Origin: Rebecca billardiae RCC1528
Taxonomy: Eukaryota; Protista; Haptophyta
Reading direction: 5' to 3'
DNA: 64,000 nt
Assembly (NCBI GenBank): GCA_965240325.2
Contig: OZ251232.1
Location: forward strand, 2,232,001-2,296,000
Notes under the pieces: model-generated
Databases searched by the model: none
Seen by the model: only the letters and a program-made list of their open reading frames with translations
What the model was told of the DNA's origin: nothing
Made by a program: the position numbers and the translations under genes
Shown: positions 35,592 to 48,135 of the stretch, in pieces
Numbering within the stretch: position 1 is the stretch's first letter
Layout of the letters: the number at the start of each line of letters is the position of its first letter

Positions 35592-38309
35592 TCAGCACCA
35601 CGCCATCCACCAGATGTACATGTCCTTCAGGTTGTCGATCGACGTCGCCTCGTGGATCAGCTGCTGCACCTGGCTCGGCACGGTCGCGGCCGTGCGCGCG
35701 CCGGGCATCACGCCATCCAGCCTGTCGCGGATGCGCGTCATCGTCTGCACGGCGCCGCCGAGCCCGGCGCGGCGGCCCGCGGAGGCGTTCCACTCGACGA
35801 GCGGGTCGTGCACGAACGTGTCGAGCACGCTGAGCAGCGTCTCCGAGTGCGCGCGCGCCGTCGCGAGCGTTACCTCCGCCACCCGCCGGTACACACCCTC
35901 GGCGCCCGCGACGCCAAAGCCGTCGAGCATGTTTTGCGTGAGGCGGAACGGGACGCGCTCGGGCGTGGCGAGCGTGAGCCCCTTGTCGAAGAGGCACGAG
36001 AAGTCCACGTGCACCAGCGAGCCCGTGCGCTGGCAGACGAGCAGGTTCTCGCCGTGCCGGTCGCCCAGCCCGACGACGTAACCGACGATCGACGAAACGG
36101 CCGCGGAGCGCGCGAACCGCAGCCGCGCGCCGAGCCAGTCGGACGGGTCGGGGAAGGTCTCGGCGAACCAGCGGTGGAGCACGGCGGGGTGCTGCTCGAT
36201 CATCCGGCGCAGCCACGCCGCCTTGTCCCCCTTCGCGCCCTCATGCGCCTGCTTGATCTCTGTGTTGCTCGGCAGCGCGAAGTGCCGCCACTCGTTCGCC
36301 ACGAGCGATCGCAGCGGCGCGAGGCCGTGCACCCACTCGATCAGCCCGCACTCCTCGGAGAGCGGGAGCACGGCGTAGGTCTTGAGCCGGAGCTCGCGAC
36401 GGCGCGACTCGGCGGTGCGCTCGAAGAGCACGTTCACGCCCGCCATGAACTCCATCATCCGCGCGTCCTTGCGCAGGTCGTCCTTGGGCTTACATAGGAA
36501 GACGTGGGTAACGCCGTCCGACCCTTTGATGCCGATCTTCTTGGGTCGCTGCAGCGAGACCATCGTCTCGATCTCGCGCGCCCAGCCGACGATGGTGGGC
36601 GCGTCGGCGTCGGGCGGCGCGAACTCGTCGGCGTCCGCCTCCTCCGCCTCCGCCTCGCCGAGCGCGCCGAGCGCGCCGCCGCCGCCGCGCCGCGCCGCGC
36701 GCTCCGCGGGCGCGCGCTGCCCGTGCCACGCGCTCAGGCTTGCCTGCAGCGGCACCAGCATGGCCGCCGGGCGCAGCTTCCACAGCGCGGGGAACTCGCG
36801 GTCCATCGCGAAGCGCTTCGCCTTGTCCGACGGCAGCGCGTGGTTTGTCAGCTCGATCAGCCGCGCCACGAGCGCGTGCGCCTGCTCGACGAGGCCTCGC
36901 TGCCCGCGGTACCCAGCCGTCGCCTTGAACTGCGCGAGCAAGTTGCCCGCCTGCGCGCGCCGCGTGGCAGAGACCGAATGCGCCTGCGGCACCACCGACC
37001 AGAGCGCCTGGCGCGGGTGCGCGGCGAGCACGCGCACGATGGCGTCGTGCACGAGCGCGCGCGCCGGCAAGTGCTCGTGGCACGTCCGCGAGACGAGCTG
37101 CGAGAGGACAACGAGCCAGTAGTGCGAAGGCAGCGCGTCGAGCAGCTCGGCCAGCGCGCCGTCCGCGTCGCGCTCGAGGCCCTTCAGCGCGCCGCGCAGC
37201 GCCTTGGCGCGGACGTCGGCAAACTGCACCCAGAGAGCAAGCAGCCTCGGCAGCGCCTGTAGCAAGTGCCGCGCGGAGCGGCGGAGCGCGGCGCCGTACG
37301 CGCGCAGCGCGCCGAGCAGGTGCCCCCCGCGCAGGTACGCCTTCTCCGCGTCGAGCTGCGCGCCGTCCGCCGCCGCCGAGAGCAGCGCGCGCAGCCGCCC
37401 GTCGTGGTAGCGCGCGAGGCCCATCCACGCTCGCTCCGAGTCGGGCGCGTCGGCGACCGCCGCCTCGAGCTGCGCTTGCACCGCCTCGGGCGAGAGGTCG
37501 CCCGCCGCCTCGCCGTACCTGCAGTAGAGCAGCTGCAGCCGCGCGCGCGCGTCCGACGCGCGCGCGTCGTGCGCGCGCGCGCCCGCACCCTCGAGCGCCG
37601 CCGCGCCCGCGGGCACGCCGCCGCCGCCGAGATTGCAATCTCGGCCGCCGCCGCCGCCGCCGAGCGCGTTGATGGCTTGCCGCGCCGCGACCACGGCCTC
37701 GTGCGCGCCGCGCCCGTCGGCGAGCAGCTTGGCGGCGAGCGCGGCGGCGGCGGGGCACGCGGGCCGCAGCGTGCGCGCGAGGGCGAGGCAGTTCGCCGCC
37801 ATCCCTGGGCAGCCCTGCGCGCGCGCGAGCTTCGCGAACTGGAGCCACTCCGCCGCCATGGCGCCCTCGACCAGGGCGAGCGGCGCGGCCGCGGCCGAGA
37901 TTGCAATCTCGGCGGCGGCGGCGTGCGCGCGGGCGAGCAGGGTTCGCAGCAGGCCGAGGAGCGCGCAGCGCGCGGAGACGATGGGCTCGCGGCACACGAG
38001 CGACGGCGCGGTCCCCGCCAGCCGCACGCGCCACGCGCCGAGCAGCTCGCGCGCGCCCTCGCCCGCGTCCGCGCCGCCGCCTTCCAGCCGCGCGCGCGTG
38101 CGGCCGAGCACGCGCGCGCCGTGCTCGAGTTCAGCGAGCACGTGCGCGCGGACAAGCAGCGGCGCGGCGGCGGCGCTCGACTCCATGCCCGCCGCGGCGA
38201 GGGACGGGAGCAGCAGCTGCCGCGCGTCCGCGAGCGCGCGCGCGAGCGCGCCAGACGCCGCGCCCGCCGCCGCGCCGCCGCCGCCGTCCGCGCCGCCATC
38301 CGCGCCGCT

Positions 38310-38356
<47 letters not shown>

Positions 38357-39393
38357 TCCCGAGGATCCGCGCCGCCGCGGCGGCATCGGGCGCGTCGACG
38401 GCGGCGCGCAGCAGCAGCAGCACACGCGCGACCGCGCGCTCGAACGCGCTCTCGCGCATCTCCTCGTCGCCGAGCCCCGGCACGCCGAGCACGGCGGCGC
38501 TCCCGCCCGCGCCGCTCCCGCGCGCGCCGCCGCGGCGCTCCGCGGTCGCGTCGAGATGAGCTGCCAATGCCGGCCATTCGCCGAGGCGCCACGCGGCCTG
38601 GAGGGCGTAGCCGGAGAGCAGGCGAGCGTCTGCGGCGCTCGCGCACGCGCCCGCGGCCTCGGACGCGTGCGCGAGCATCGAGCGCAGCAGCAGCTGGCGG
38701 CGCATGCACCGCAGCGCGCCAACATGCAGCCGCGTGCGCGTGCGCGCGCCGCCGTCCGCGCCGCTGCCGTCCGCGCCGCCGGCGCCCGCGCCGCCGCCGG
38801 CCGCGCCGCCGCCGCCGGTCTCGGCGCCCGGCGCGCCCCAGCCCGAGCCGTGCGCGTGCAGCAGCTGCTCGTACCGCCCGAGCGCGCTCGCCCAGTCCGC
38901 CGCGGCCTCGTGCGCGCGCGCCTCCGCCTCCGCGTCCGCCGTGCGCTGCAGCCGCGCCACGCCGAGCAAAGAGTCAGCCTCGCCAATCTGCGTGTGTGCG
39001 CCGTGCAGCGCTCGCAGCGTCGCCTCGGCGCGCGCGCCGCCGCCGCCTCCGGCCGCGAGGTTGGCCGTCTCGTAGCGGAGCTGGAGCTCGGCGTACTTGA
39101 TCGCGCGCGCCGGCGCGCCGCAGCCCAGCGCGCCCGCCAGCAGCAGCTCGAGCGACACGCGGTCCAGCAGCTGAGCGCAGATCGCTCGGCCGAGTGGGGA
39201 CAGTGCGCCCGCGCCGCTCGCCGCGCCGAGCGCGCGGCTAAGCGCGCCCGCGGCCGATGGGCGGTTGGCCTTGGCGTGCGGGTCGCGCTTGATGTGGAGC
39301 ATGTCGGCGCGCTGCTTCCACGCCGCGAGCCGCTCGAGCAGCGTGAAGACCAGCTGGCCGCACTGCACGAGCTCGGACGAGGCCGCAGGCCCT

Positions 39394-39424
<31 letters not shown>

Positions 39425-42400
39425 GCCCGCCCGCGCCGCCCACTCGGCCGGCGGGCGGCGGCGCGCCCGCGCTCGCGCGCGTGAGCGCCGCGCCGCCGCC
39501 GGCGCTGCCGCCCGGCTCGGCGCCGCCCGCCGTGCCCGCAGGGCACGCGCCGCCGTCGGGCACCGGCGCCGCCGGCGCCGCCGCACCGCTCGGCGGCTGC
39601 TCGGCGTGCGGCGGCGGCGCGGCCGCGCAACCGCGCGCGCCGCCGGGCGCGGCCGCGGCCGCGTGCGCGCGCGCGCCCGGCTCGGCACCGACGGTGTGGA
39701 GAACGGTGAGCACCTCGGCGCGGAGCTCCTCCGCCGCGGCGGCGCACGCGTCGCAGCCGTGCGCGCGCGCGAGCACGTACAGCGCCGCGTGCGGCAGCAG
39801 CGACGCCGCGAGCTGCACGTCGTGCCGCGCGACGAGCCAACAGCCGCCTAGCATTCGGCCAAGCACACGCGCGCCGCCGCCCGCGGCGGTTCGGTGTGTG
39901 CGGTGCGCGCCCTCGGCCGGGCCGTCGGCTGGCGTCGGCGTGTGGCGCTGCTGCTGCTGCGCCGCGGTCGCGTCCTGGCACACCGCCTGCAGCAGCCGCG
40001 AGCACAGCCGCGTGAGCCAGCGCCGGAACGGCAGTCCAGGCCGATACACCGTCTGAGGCGCGGCGGCGCCGAGCGCGCGCGCGGGCGCGGAGGAGGAGGC
40101 GGACTTGGGCGCGGGCAGCGCGGGGCGGAGCGTAACGGTCGCCTCGACGTACGGGAGCAGCCACTCCTGCAGCGGCGGCGGCAGCGCGCGCCAGAACTCG
40201 CGCGCGCGCGCATGCGCCTCCTCGTCCTCGCGAGTGAGCGCGCCGCCAGCGCCCGTGCCGCGCGCGGGCCGCTCGCGACAAACCGCGTCGCGCGTGCAGC
40301 CGAGTGCAAGCAGCAACTGCTGCACTGCCGCGCTCGCCGCCTCCGCCGCCTCGCGCGCGCCCGCGCCGTGCAGCAGCGAGAGCAGGTGGCCCTCGAGCAA
40401 CGCGCGCCCGAGCGCCAGCTCCGAGTCCGAGGGCACCGCCGGCCCGGCCGCGCCAACCGGCCGGTCCGGAGCCCCGGACGGCCCGGACTGCCCAGCAGCG
40501 GACGCCGGCTCGCCGAGCGCCGCCGAGCTCAGATCGACCGCGCGATCGAGCGCGGCGTCGGCGTGTGCGCGCGTCGGCGGGCCGAGGCTCGGCGCGCCTG
40601 CGCCGGCGCTCGGCGAGCCCGCCTCCTTGCCCAGCGCGAGCTGCGAGCCCTCCAGCGCGCCCAGCTCGCCCAGGCAGCGCACGGCGAGCAGCCGCGTGCC
40701 CAGCGCGCCGCCCGCGCCCGCCGCGTGCACGAGACTCGCGCGCAGCTCAAGCGCGAGCGCGCGCAGCCGCTCCAGCTCCCGCCTTGAGGGCCGCCGGCCG
40801 TCCGGCCCGCCGGCGAGCCAGAAGCAGTGCACGTTGCCGCCGGGGCGGAGCTGCAGGCACAGCTCGCCCATCGCGTTCGCGCGCACCGCGCCCACCGCGT
40901 GCCGCGTGCCCTGCAGCAGCCACGCCACACGCTCCGCGACGCAGGTGACGCGCGCAAGACGGCGGAGCCGTCTCCGCGCGACCGTGAGCTCCGGCGTCGC
41001 GGGCAGGAAGGGCACGGACTCGCCCGCGAGCGGCGCGAGCGCGGCCGGCGGCGGCGCGCCGCCGCCCGCGTCGGCGCCGCCGCCCAGCGCCGCGCCGCGC
41101 GTGCGCGCGCGCCTCGCCCGCCCCGCCTCGAAGCCGTCCGCGTCGGCGTCGGCGTCGGCGTCGGCGGCGCCCTCCGAGTCGGAGTCTGAACCGCCGCTCT
41201 CGCCATCGGCGCCGCCGCCGCACGCGTGCGCGAACGCGCGCACCGCGGCGTTGATCACGCGGCACGCGGCGCGCGGGTGCGAGTGCAGGTGCAGCAGCGC
41301 GCTCGCGAGCAGCTGCGGCAGCGCGGCGCGGAGCGCCCCCGGCGAGAGCGCGGCGATGAGCGTGTGTGAGCCGCGCAGCGCGTCGGCCGTGAGCGCCGGC
41401 TGCCGCGCTGCCTCGTTCAGGCTCGCGAACACCTGGCCCCAGCTGACCGCGCCCCACTTGGCGCACGCGCCGCCGCCGATGATTCGGAGCAGCTCGTCAA
41501 GCGAGCGCAGCGCGCGCCGCCGCGGCTGCAGCTGCCGCGGCTGCGCGCGGTCGAACAGCGAGCGGTTGAGCACGACCAAGATTGCGAGGAGCTCGCCAGA
41601 GACATAGGCTGCAAGCGCCTGCCCGCCGCCACGCCTCAACTCCTCTGTGCCGACAGGCTGCGCGGCGGAGTGTGCGGTGCCGCCGCCGCCGCGCGCGTCG
41701 AGCGTGCCCGCGCCGCCGCCGCCGCCGCCGCCGCCCTCGTCCTCCTCCTCCCCCGGCGGCGCGCCCGCGGGGAGCCCCAGGTGCACCATGAAGTGCAGCG
41801 CGTGCCGCGCGGCCGCGCGCGCCGCCGGCCGATCCTCGCCGAGCAAGCCGACCATCTCAGCGAGAAGATCACGCCGCTCGCCCATCGCCAGCATCAGGAG
41901 ATCCGTGACGCCGAACGAGCCGTCGACCGAGGCGCGCATCAGACGGGAGAGGAAGGCGAGCGCGCGCTCGAGCTCGCGCGGGCGCGGCAGCGCCTCGGTG
42001 AAGAGCCGCGCGAGCGTGCGCGGCAGGTGCGGCGTCAGCAGCGCGCGCACGTCCGCGCAGCCGAGCCGCGCAGCGCACCATCTGAGCGTGTGCCGTGCGG
42101 CGCGCGCGCGCTCGGCGACGGCGGGCGGGACGGCGGCGGCCGCGTCGTCAGTGCCGCCGTCGGCGTTGGCGGCGCCGGCGTCGCCCTCGACTCCTCCGCC
42201 CCCGCCGCCGCCATCGCCTGCGTTCGGGTTCGGGCTCGGGTCTCCTCCGCCCCCGCCGCCGCCGGCAAGCAGCAGCGTCGGCAGCGCATGAGGCACGGCC
42301 TCCCTGAGCGCCTCCTCCTCGCCCACGCCGCTGAGCTCGGCGAGCGCGCCGAGCAGCGCGGCGTCGGCGGGGAGCGCACACACCGCGGGCGCGCACACCG

Positions 42401-44437
42401 CCGGGCCTGCTCGCCCGAGAAGCAGCGCGCGCGCGTCACCCTCCGCGTGCGCGTCCGCGAGCGCGCGCACATGCCTGTGCGCGGCCGCGCGCGCGTCCGC
42501 GGGCGCGTCGGCGCGCGCGTCGGCCACGAGCGCGCGCAGGGCGCTGCCCACCGCCTCCAGCTCGAAGGGGCGGCACGCGGCCGTGCGCCTGAGCGCGAGC
42601 GCGAGCGCGGCGCGCAGCGCGGGCGCCTCCGCCACCGACGTGCCCTCCAGAAGCGCGGCGATGTGCGCTAACAGCTCGGCCCAGCCCGCGGCGAGCCGCT
42701 CGGCGCCGGCCTCTGATTGGCTGGGACCGCCGCTGCCGCCGCCGCCGCCGCCTTCGCCGCCGCCGCAGCTCTCCACGTCGTCGTCCTCGTCCGCGCCCAC
42801 CTCCTCCTCCTCCTCCCCCCCCGCGCCCTCGCTCGGCTCGGAGGCGGAGGCCGCGTCCTCCGCCTCGCCCTCGCCCTCGCCCTCGCCCCCGCGCGCGCCG
42901 CCGCCGCCCTCGTCCTCCTCCGCGTCAAACCCCGCGGCCGCGCCGCCGTCTTCGCCGCCGCCTTCGCCGCCTTCGCGGCCGTCCGCGCCGCCGCCGCCGT
43001 CGGCGTCGGCGTCGATCAGCGCTCGCAGCGGGCGCGCCGCGCCCTGCACGAGGGCGGGGAGGCACTCGGCGAGCGCGGCGACCACCTCGGCCGCCTCCGA
43101 GCTCAGCAGGGAGACGAGGGTCCCCACGAGTGCACGCGCGCCGCCACGTCGCAACTCGAGCGGCCGCGCGGCGCGCAGCGCGTGCGCGGCCGCGTGCACG
43201 CACGGCGCGAGCACCGCCGCCGGCTGGTCGGCGCCGAGCAGCACCCAGTACGGCCGAAGGCGGCGGAGCGGCGCGGCGCGCACCTCGCCGAGCTCGCGCA
43301 CGAGCAGCAGCACAGCCGCGCGCACGCTCGGCGCGCGCGCGCGCACGAGGGACTCCAGCTGTGCCGAGTGCGCGCCGATGAGCGCCTTGCCCTCGGCGCG
43401 CTGCGCGCGGCTGCTGCGCGCGCGGCCCTCGGCGCGCGGCGCGCGGCGCAGCCGCGCGCGCAGCGCGCCCAGCGCCGCGATGGCGACCGCGTCGGCGTCG
43501 TCTGGCGGCGAGAGGTGGGGCGATGATGGCGGGTTAGGGTTAGGGTTAGGGTTAGGGTTAGGAGTAGGGGTAGGGGTAGGCGACGATGGCGGCGCGGCGC
43601 CGCCGCCTCCGCACAGCCGCGGTCCGTTGAGCGCTAGCGAGCTGAGCGCGCGCAGCTGCGCCGCCGTGTGCTCTGAGCGCGGGAGGCGCGCCGCCAGCCG
43701 CGCGCACGCGCACAGCGCGGCCGCGGGCATGCCTGGGCGGCGCGCGGCGCGCGCGCGCGCGTGCGCTTCGAACGGAAGCAGGAGCATTTGCGCGGTGGCG
43801 CGCAGCAGCTGCGCCGACGCGGCGGAGGGACGGCGGCGCGCGCACTGCCGTGCAAGCAGCTCCAGCACGTGGCTTAACGCGCCGCGAGCGCCGCCGCCGC
43901 CGCCGTCGCCGCCATCGCCGCAGCCGTGCGCGCGCGCCGCGTCGGCTGGCGCGATCGGCGGCGGCACGGCGGCCGCGTCGTTGGCGCCGCCCCGCGGCTG
44001 CGCGGCGAGCGGCGCGCGCGGCGCGGCGGCGGCGCCCGACTCTGGCGTCGGCGCGAAGCACGCCGCGAGCTCAGCCGCGTCCATGCCGCGCGCCTCCGCC
44101 TCGAGCCCCGCCGCGTACGCGCCCACAGCGCCCAGCAGCGCGCGCACGTGCGCGCGCGCCTCCGCGCGCGCGCGCGCCGGCCAGGCGGCCGCGCCGCCGC
44201 GCGGCTCGGCGGCGCGGCCGCGCCCGCCCAGGCGGAGGCGCACGCTCGGGAGAGACAGGCCCGTCGCGTCGCGCTCGTCATCGCCGCTCGCGCTCGAGCT
44301 CCCGTCCTCGTCCCCGGACAAGCCCGCCCGCTCGGCTGCGTCACCGCGCCGCCGCGCGCCGAGCCAGGAGCCGCTGCCGCCGCCGCGCCACGGCTGCTGC
44401 TGCCGCTGCTGCAGCTCGTCATCGCCCTCGTCGTCGT

Positions 44438-44499
<62 letters not shown>

Positions 44500-46194
44500 T
44501 CGCACAGATCCTCGGCGCACTCGAGCACGTCGCCCAGCTCCTCCAGCCCCGCCTCCGCCGCCGCGCCCTCCGCGCCGCGCCCGTCCCGCCCGCGGCCGCA
44601 CGGCGCGGCGACGGCGGAGGACGCGACGGCACTCAACAGTCGGAGTGCGCCGTCAGCGGCGCAGAGCGCGCGGAGCGCGCACGCGGCGCGCCGCGGCTCG
44701 TGCCACGCGCGGAGGGGCGGGAGCTCGGCCGCGTCGAGCTGCGCGCCCACCGCGCGCAGCCGCTCGAGCAGCGCCAGCCCTTCCGCCGCCGGCCCGTCCG
44801 AATCCCGCCGCGCGCGCTTGGCGCCGCGCGCGCGCTCGTGCGCGCGCGCGGCCGCGCACGCCAGCACGGCGCGAAAGCAGCGGACGGCACCGCGCCGCAC
44901 TGCGTGCTCGGCGAGTAGCGCGGCGAGGGCGTCGAGGAGCGGCGCGCCGTGCGCGGCCTCGAGCGCGGGCGCGCAGCCCAGGCACGCGAGCGTGCGCAGC
45001 AGCGCGCAGCACGCCACGCGCAGCGCGCGGCAGCGCGTGCTGACGAGCGCGGCCGCGCACGCGCGCGCCAGCCGAGGCGCGTCGCACTGCGCGGCCGCGC
45101 GCAGCGCGCCGCGCGGCGCGGCACGGACGAGGGCGCGCGAGAAGGCGGCGCTGGCGCGGTCCACGTCCAGGTCGCGAGGCCGCGCCGCCGCGCCGCCCTC
45201 GGCGCCGGGAGCCGCGCCACCGATGCCGCCGCCGCCGCCGCCGAGCACGGTGCACAGGGCTCGCAGCAGCGGCGCCACAGCCTCCGCAGGCGCCGGCGAG
45301 ACGTAGCCGAGCGCGCCGCCGAGCGCGCGCGCGCACGCGGCGGCGAGGCGCGCGTCGGCGGCGGCGAGCGGCGCGGCGAGCGCCTCGCACAGCGTCAGAC
45401 CGCCGAACGCCGGCGCCGCGCGCGCGCGCAGGCCGCCAAGCTCCGCGAGTGTGGGCGACAGCTCGGCGCACGCGCGCGCTGACTGCAACCGGAGCAGCGC
45501 GCGCCGCCCGCGCGCGCGCAGGTCGAGCGACGCGCGCGGCAGGGCGTCGAGGTGCTGGGCGTGCGCCGCGAACGCCGAGAAGTCGAACGCAGACGCCCGC
45601 GCGCCCAGCTGCGCGAGCGGCGAGCAGAGCGCTGCGCGCGGCGGCGAAGCGACGCAGCGAGGGGAGGCGACGGCGGCGCGCGGCGCGCGCGCGGTCAGGC
45701 CGCGAGGGCGCGGGCGACGGGCGCGCGCGCGGCACGCACCGGAGATGAGGTCGAGCATGTCGGCGCACAGCCCGAGCACGAGCGCGGGCATCTCGTGCCA
45801 CAGGCAGCGCGCGAGCAGCGCGATCACCGCGGGCAGGCGGCTGTGCACATCCTCGCGCTCGCAGCCAATCAGTGCGAGCACGTGCGCGAGGAGCTGGGCG
45901 CTGAGGCCCGGCGCGGCGGCGAAGACGACCATGTGCTCGCTCACCACCTGGTCGATCATCTGCAGCGCGTTCGCCGCCTTGGGCGAGCGCTGGCTCCCTG
46001 CGCGCGAGTGCGCGCGCGGCGCGGGCGACGCCAGTCCGACGTCAGCCGCCGGCGCCGCGCGGCTCGCGCAGCGGCGCGGGCGCGCTGAGCGCGGCGCGGG
46101 CGCGGCTCGCACCGCTGTCGGGATGCAGGTGCTTCGTCGCCAGCCTGAGCGTGGCCTCCGGCAAGGCCGTCGCGCCACGCCGACTCTCCGCCAT
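35592..46194 (-). CDS. ATR: ATR serine/threonine kinase (PIKK family: HEAT-like region, FAT, kinase, FATC)
   Basis: ATR-type motifs SLQRPKK, FLCKPKDDLRKDARMMEF, GLGDRHGEN, HVDFSCLFDKG and PERVPFRLT, with FATC LIHEATSIDNLKDMYIWWMAWC. Likely first exon 46194-46113, intron 46112-45998, and a probable in-frame intron near 45737-45610. Confidence 0.95.
43531..43580 (+). repeat. Interstitial telomeric repeat (TTAGGG)4 plus variants inside the ATR ORF
   Basis: Reads PTPTPTPNPNPNPNPNP on the minus strand and is flanked by a 14-bp near-direct repeat GGCGAYGATGGCGG. Confidence 0.95.
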
Positions 46195-46657
46195 CGTGCC
46201 GGCGGCCCTGCTGAGTCGCCGAGGGGGCGCCCGACCGCCTCCCTTACCGATGCGCCCGCTGTGCGTGCGGCACACCGAGCGGGGCAAACGGTCGATCGAT
46301 CCTACTTTTGCCGGCACGATGGCGATCGATGCGGTTTGCCACTGCCACCGAGGTGGCTGTGGCTGCCTGTGGCACATGCCATCTGAGTTGCTGCGTGCGA
46401 CTCATCGTTGCTCACGCCACACGGATGCGTGCACTGCTTTCTGGCCCCCCATGTGGGTACAGCAAGCATTCAGCTAGCAGCAGAGGGGTGAGCGCTGCTG
46501 GAGGGCTGAGCGGTGAGCCGAGACGGTGCCCAGAGGCGCGCGCCGACAGTGCTGCGCGAGACAGAGCTGCTGCTGGCCGTCTCAGCAACGCGGTGTGAAC
46601 GGCACGCCTGCCCAACCCCTCGTCGGAGCCACCACCCGGCCTCCGAGTGCGCTACCC

Positions 46658-47743
46658 TCACGAGGACGGCATGGACGTCGGCGACGAGGACGACTCCGCC
46701 GGTCCTTCCGCCGCCGCCGCCGGCGTCGCCGCCGCCGCCGCCGCCGAGTCGGATGACGAGGCGTCGGGCGCTCGGCTGGGCGCGGCGGCGGCGGCGGCGG
46801 CGGCGTCGTCCTCGCAGTCGTCGTCGTCCGCGCCGCCGTCCGCGCCCAGCGGCAGGAGCCGCGCGCCGACGATGCGCACGGCCGCGCCCGCCTGCCGCCT
46901 GCTCGGCTGCAGCTCGAGCGCGAGCACCCGGCAGTTGGGCACCTTGGTTTGGAGCAGCGCGGCGCGCTCGGCCGACGCCGCGAACGCGCACGCCTCGTCC
47001 ACGTGGTCGCGCAGCAGGTTGCGCATGAGGTACGAGTGCGAGACGAGCAGGACGCGCGGCTGCACCGCGCCGCTCCCCGCCGCCGGCACCGCTGCCGCCG
47101 GCGCCGCCGCCGCGAGGGTGTACAACTCTCCGAGCAGGCTGCCCAGCCGCCGCCGCTCCTCCGCGGCCGGGCCGCGCGCCCACCACAGCTCGTGCTCGAG
47201 CCGGCTCAGGTCGAGGGCGAGCGCGCCGCGGCGGAGCGCGGCGCTGACGCGCGACGCGCCGGTGGCGCTGAGCTCGCGCTGCACGTTCTGCACCAGCTCG
47301 CTCCTCGGCGTGCCCGTCGAGTCGCGCCCGAAGCCAAACGAGCCCCCGGCCTCGCGAGCGTTCGGCAGCACAAGAACAGGCGGCGGCGCGCGCACGCCCG
47401 ACGCGTCGAGGGCGACGAGCGCGGTCTGCAGCGCGCGGCAGAGCGGTGACGACGCCACCACCGCGCCGTGCTCGCCCAGCGCGACCGGCGGGCGCAGCAA
47501 CAACGCCGCCAAATTAGCGGCCTGGTCGACGCCGACGACCGTGAGGCCGTGGTCGACTTCGCGCAGCATGGCGGCCACGTTGAGCCGCTTCCACGCGGCG
47601 TTCCAGCGCGACTCGGCGTGCCGGACGACGTACACCGTCCGCGTCGCCTTCTGCGACGCCGACGCCGCCGTGCTGAAGAGTGAGGCCAGCCCGAGAAGGC
47701 CCCCCATCAGCGTGCGCCTCGTGGGCGCAGCCGCCATCGTCAT
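46658..47743 (-). CDS. Histidine phosphatase superfamily (phosphoglycerate-mutase-like) protein
   Basis: Motifs VYVVRHAES, D..LT..G..QA, SSPLCRALQT, RE and LLVSHS. N-terminal hydrophobic signal. Confidence 0.88.
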   Translation of the reverse strand: MTMAAAPTRRTLMGGLLGLASLFSTAASASQKATRTVYVVRHAESRWNAAWKRLNVAAMLREVDHGLTVVGVDQAANLAALLLRPPVALGEHGAVVASSPLCRALQTALVALDASGVRAPPPVLVLPNAREAGGSFGFGRDSTGTPRSELVQNVQRELSATGASRVSAALRRGALALDLSRLEHELWWARGPAAEERRRLGSLLGELYTLAAAAPAAAVPAAGSGAVQPRVLLVSHSYLMRNLLRDHVDEACAFAASAERAALLQTKVPNCRVLALELQPSRRQAGAAVRIVGARLLPLGADGGADDDDCEDDAAAAAAAAPSRAPDASSSDSAAAAAATPAAAAEGPAESSSSPTSMPSS

Positions 47744-48135
47744 CAAGCTTGGGGCTTGGCCGCCTCGGCGGACGGAGTTGGCGGCTTGGTCACTTCCTAC
47801 TTGGATCACCTTGGTCTCTCTCTCTCTCTCTCTCACTCTCGCTATATGCCAGTCGCGTCATCAGCAGCGCGCAGTGTAGCAGCCGTCAGCACAGCGCAGT
47901 ATCATCTGATGCTGCCAACTATAGTAGCTAGTTATATATATGATTATGCATCCGCATCGGCGACAGCGCGGCCGGGTGACGCCGCGCTGACGCCACCGGC
48001 GCGCCCAAGTGGACTGCGACGGCTGCCATCCAGCCCGCCCGGCGGCCGGCGCCGGCCCGGGGCGCCGCGCAGCACCTCACCGAGTCCCCTGACGGCGACT
48101 CATCCAGCGAGTGCGTGCGTCAGCCAGCCAGCCAG

